This document shows positions 52,601 through 55,600 of a stretch of 64,000 bases of DNA, one piece after another. The stretch's first letter is position 1; each line of letters starts with the position of its first letter. Origin of the DNA: Candidatus Woesearchaeota archaeon (GTDB lineage: Archaea > Nanobdellota > Nanobdellia > Woesearchaeales > ARS49); the NCBI GenBank assembly GCA_037445145.1, contig JBBILB010000005.1, forward strand, positions 4,820 to 68,819, given 5' to 3'. The notes beneath the pieces are model-generated. The model did no database searches. It was given only the letters and a program-made list of their open reading frames with translations, and was not told the origin of the DNA. The position numbers were made by a program, and so were the translations under genes.

Positions 52601-55600
52601 GAGGTTGCAGAGCCGTTCTGCCAGTCCACCTGGCCAATGATTAAGTCTGTTATGTTGTCATTGTTAAGGTCTGCTGTTGCAAGAGCAATGTCAGTTATTG
52701 AGCTCACGTTGATTGTGACATTGAGTTGTTCACGCGTTATGTTTATGTTTCCTGTCTCGTTGTACATGAACAATATTCCGACTGTCTTGTTTCCTGGCGA
52801 TGCAACAATGACGTCATCCCTTGTGTCATTGTTCAGGTCTCCTGAGGCTATTGCGCGGCCAAGGTTGTCTTCTGCATTGACTCCGTTGATTGTTATGTTG
52901 GAAATTGTTGTTGCATTGCCGCTTGGAATGTATGGGTACACGCCATACATGATGTAAACCCTGCCCACATTCCTCTTTGAGGCATTGGCTGCTGCATAAG
53001 GCGCTGAAACCACCATGTCCTTTTGGCCGTCGCCGTTCATGTCTCCTGCTGTTCCGGCATATCCAAACCCGTCGCCTTCAGTCTGGTTGTTTGTCAGGTT
53101 TGTTGTCGTGCCTGTGTATGTCGCGTTTGCGCGCAGTGAGGCATTTGTTATATCTCCTCTACAAAGTATTGATGTGTCATTCACGACATAAGTGCAGAAG
53201 TCAGAGACATTGAACAGTATCAGCCCGGGGTCCAGCTGGTTGATTGTACATTTTTGCGAGCAGTTCACGAACGTGCCGTCATCCTCAGGGTCCACGAGGA
53301 TGTTTGGCTCAAGGAACAGGTTGATGAAAGTGATGGCAGCAGACTTATTGAGTTCCTGCGCGCGTGTGGAATTGACAAACACAGAATTCAGGGCGACATT
53401 CATTGCGTCAGAGAACGTCAGGGGGTTGTTGAATGAGAGGTTTGTTGGGTATGTAAGGATTGCCGAGCCCTGGGTGCCGTGCTGGCTTTCAAAGGTTGAG
53501 TTCGCAATGAGTGTTGTGTTTGCAATGGTGTTGCCATACCCGCCGTTTGTTATGTTCAGCGAGCCCCTGATTCCTGCCAGCAGGGTGTTATTCCTGATTG
53601 TGTTGTTTATGCCTCCTGCAAGGATAATGCTCCACAAATTATCGGCAAAGGTGTTTGTGCTTATTGTGTTGTTTGTTGCGCTTGGGTCTATCCTGATTCC
53701 TGCCTGCGAGTTATTTGCAAAAGTGTTATTCTCAACAAGGGTTGTGCGGACGCTGTCAGAGAGCCGTATGCCCTGCGTGTTGTTGTAAAGCATGTTGCTT
53801 GCAATGGTGCTGTTGTATGCTCCACCTGAAAGAAGTATTCCTGCGCTGCTGTTGCTTATCCTGTTGTCAATGATTTCTGTCGTGGTCGGGTAGCCCTTGA
53901 AGATTATTCCTGCGTTTGTGTTGTTCCTTAATGTGTTGTTGATGAACAAAATGTGGCTTGATGAGCCGTTGATTATGACTGCGTTCCTGCTGTTTGTCAA
54001 CAGGTTGAATGTCACGTTCACCCTTGCGTCTGTGCCGAAGTTTGCGTTCAGCGTGTTGTTGGTGAATTGGTTGTTTGTTACGTTGCTGTCTGACGTGAAG
54101 TGCATGTAGAGCCCTGTTGTGAAGTTGCGCACAATGCATCCTGTAATTGTTACATTGCTTTTGCCTTCGCAAATTATTCCAATGCCTGTCCCGTTTCCTG
54201 TTATTGAGAAGCCGTTGCAGTCAAATAAGGTATTGCTGTCGCCGATTGTGAAGCAGTCTCCTGTTGCGTTTATGTCTGCCATCAGTGTTGCGTTGCCGCT
54301 TACCTGCCCGCAGCTCGTGATGTTGCCCTGCAGTAGCCTGTAGCTCGTGAACTGCGTCACGTTCATCACGTAGACATTGCCTGAATAGCTTACGAATCTG
54401 CAAATGCTTTCTGGGCAGTCCTCATATGTGCCATCGTCCTCCGGGTCGCGCTGTGGCAATGGGTTGTTGAGAATCACGTTGTCAAACCTGACCTTGCCTG
54501 TCGTGTTCATGAATGTCAGGTTTGTGCTGTTCAGGTATGCTCTGTTTGTCGTGATGTTGAGCTTTGTCTTGCGGATGTCAACAAGCCCTTCTATTGTGAA
54601 GTTGTCAAGCTCAATGCGCCCTGCACTCATTTGGAAGGTTGTGTTTGAGAAGTTAGCATAAGTTGCCCCGCCTGTAACGTCTGTTGTGAAGAACACCCAT
54701 TGTGTGGGGTTGTTGAGGATTGTCCTGTTGAATGCGGTGTGGTTGACTCCTTCAAGAAATATCGCGTAGCAGTTGGTGCAGGTTGTTGTTATTGTATTCC
54801 CGACAAAAGTGTGGTTTTCTGCGTAAGTGAGGCTTGCGTTCTGGTAAATGCCGTGGCTCTCGTATCCTGTGCCCACTTGTATGTTGTTGTCAAGGACTGA
54901 CAAGTGCTGGACTGTTTCGTAAATGTTCAGTCCGTGGTTGGCAAGGTTGTCGGTGAGAGATGCGTTTGCGCTGGTGATGACTGTGTTGTTCGCAATGAGA
55001 TTGCTGCCTGCATTGACCTCAATCCCGTAATTGTTGTACTCGCCGCGGGTATTCAGGCGGTTGCCGGTTATCCTGTTGAAGCTTGAAGCAATGATGAGTC
55101 CCACATTGTTGCCTCCATTTCCAAATGCAGTGATGTTGTTGCGGTCGATTGAAATGTTTTCACCCCACTGCTGGATGATGATTCCGCGGCACGTGGATGT
55201 TCCGTTTGCCACTATCCTGTTGTGCGTGATGTTTGTGTCGTGCACGTATGAAGTGAAAATGCCGTAATTGTTGGTTTGTGCGCCTGTTTTTATGTCGTTG
55301 CCGTCAATGACAGTGAGCGTGCCGTTGTAGTAATAAATGCCGTGGCCGTATACTGTGCTGTTGGTCATGATTGTGTTGTTGGCAATGATTGATTCATTGA
55401 CTTCTGTCAGGTTTATGCCGTAGCCGTTGTTGCCGCTTGCATTCACGTCCTGTATGACGCAGTTCTTGATGGTGATGTTTGTCACGTTTACTGCAGCAAT
55501 TCCAAAGTCCCTGTTTCCACCATGCACGTTGTACTTGATTGTGTGCCCTGCGCAGTCAAGCGTGATGCTGCTGTTTGCAATGATAAAGCAGGTTGTGTTT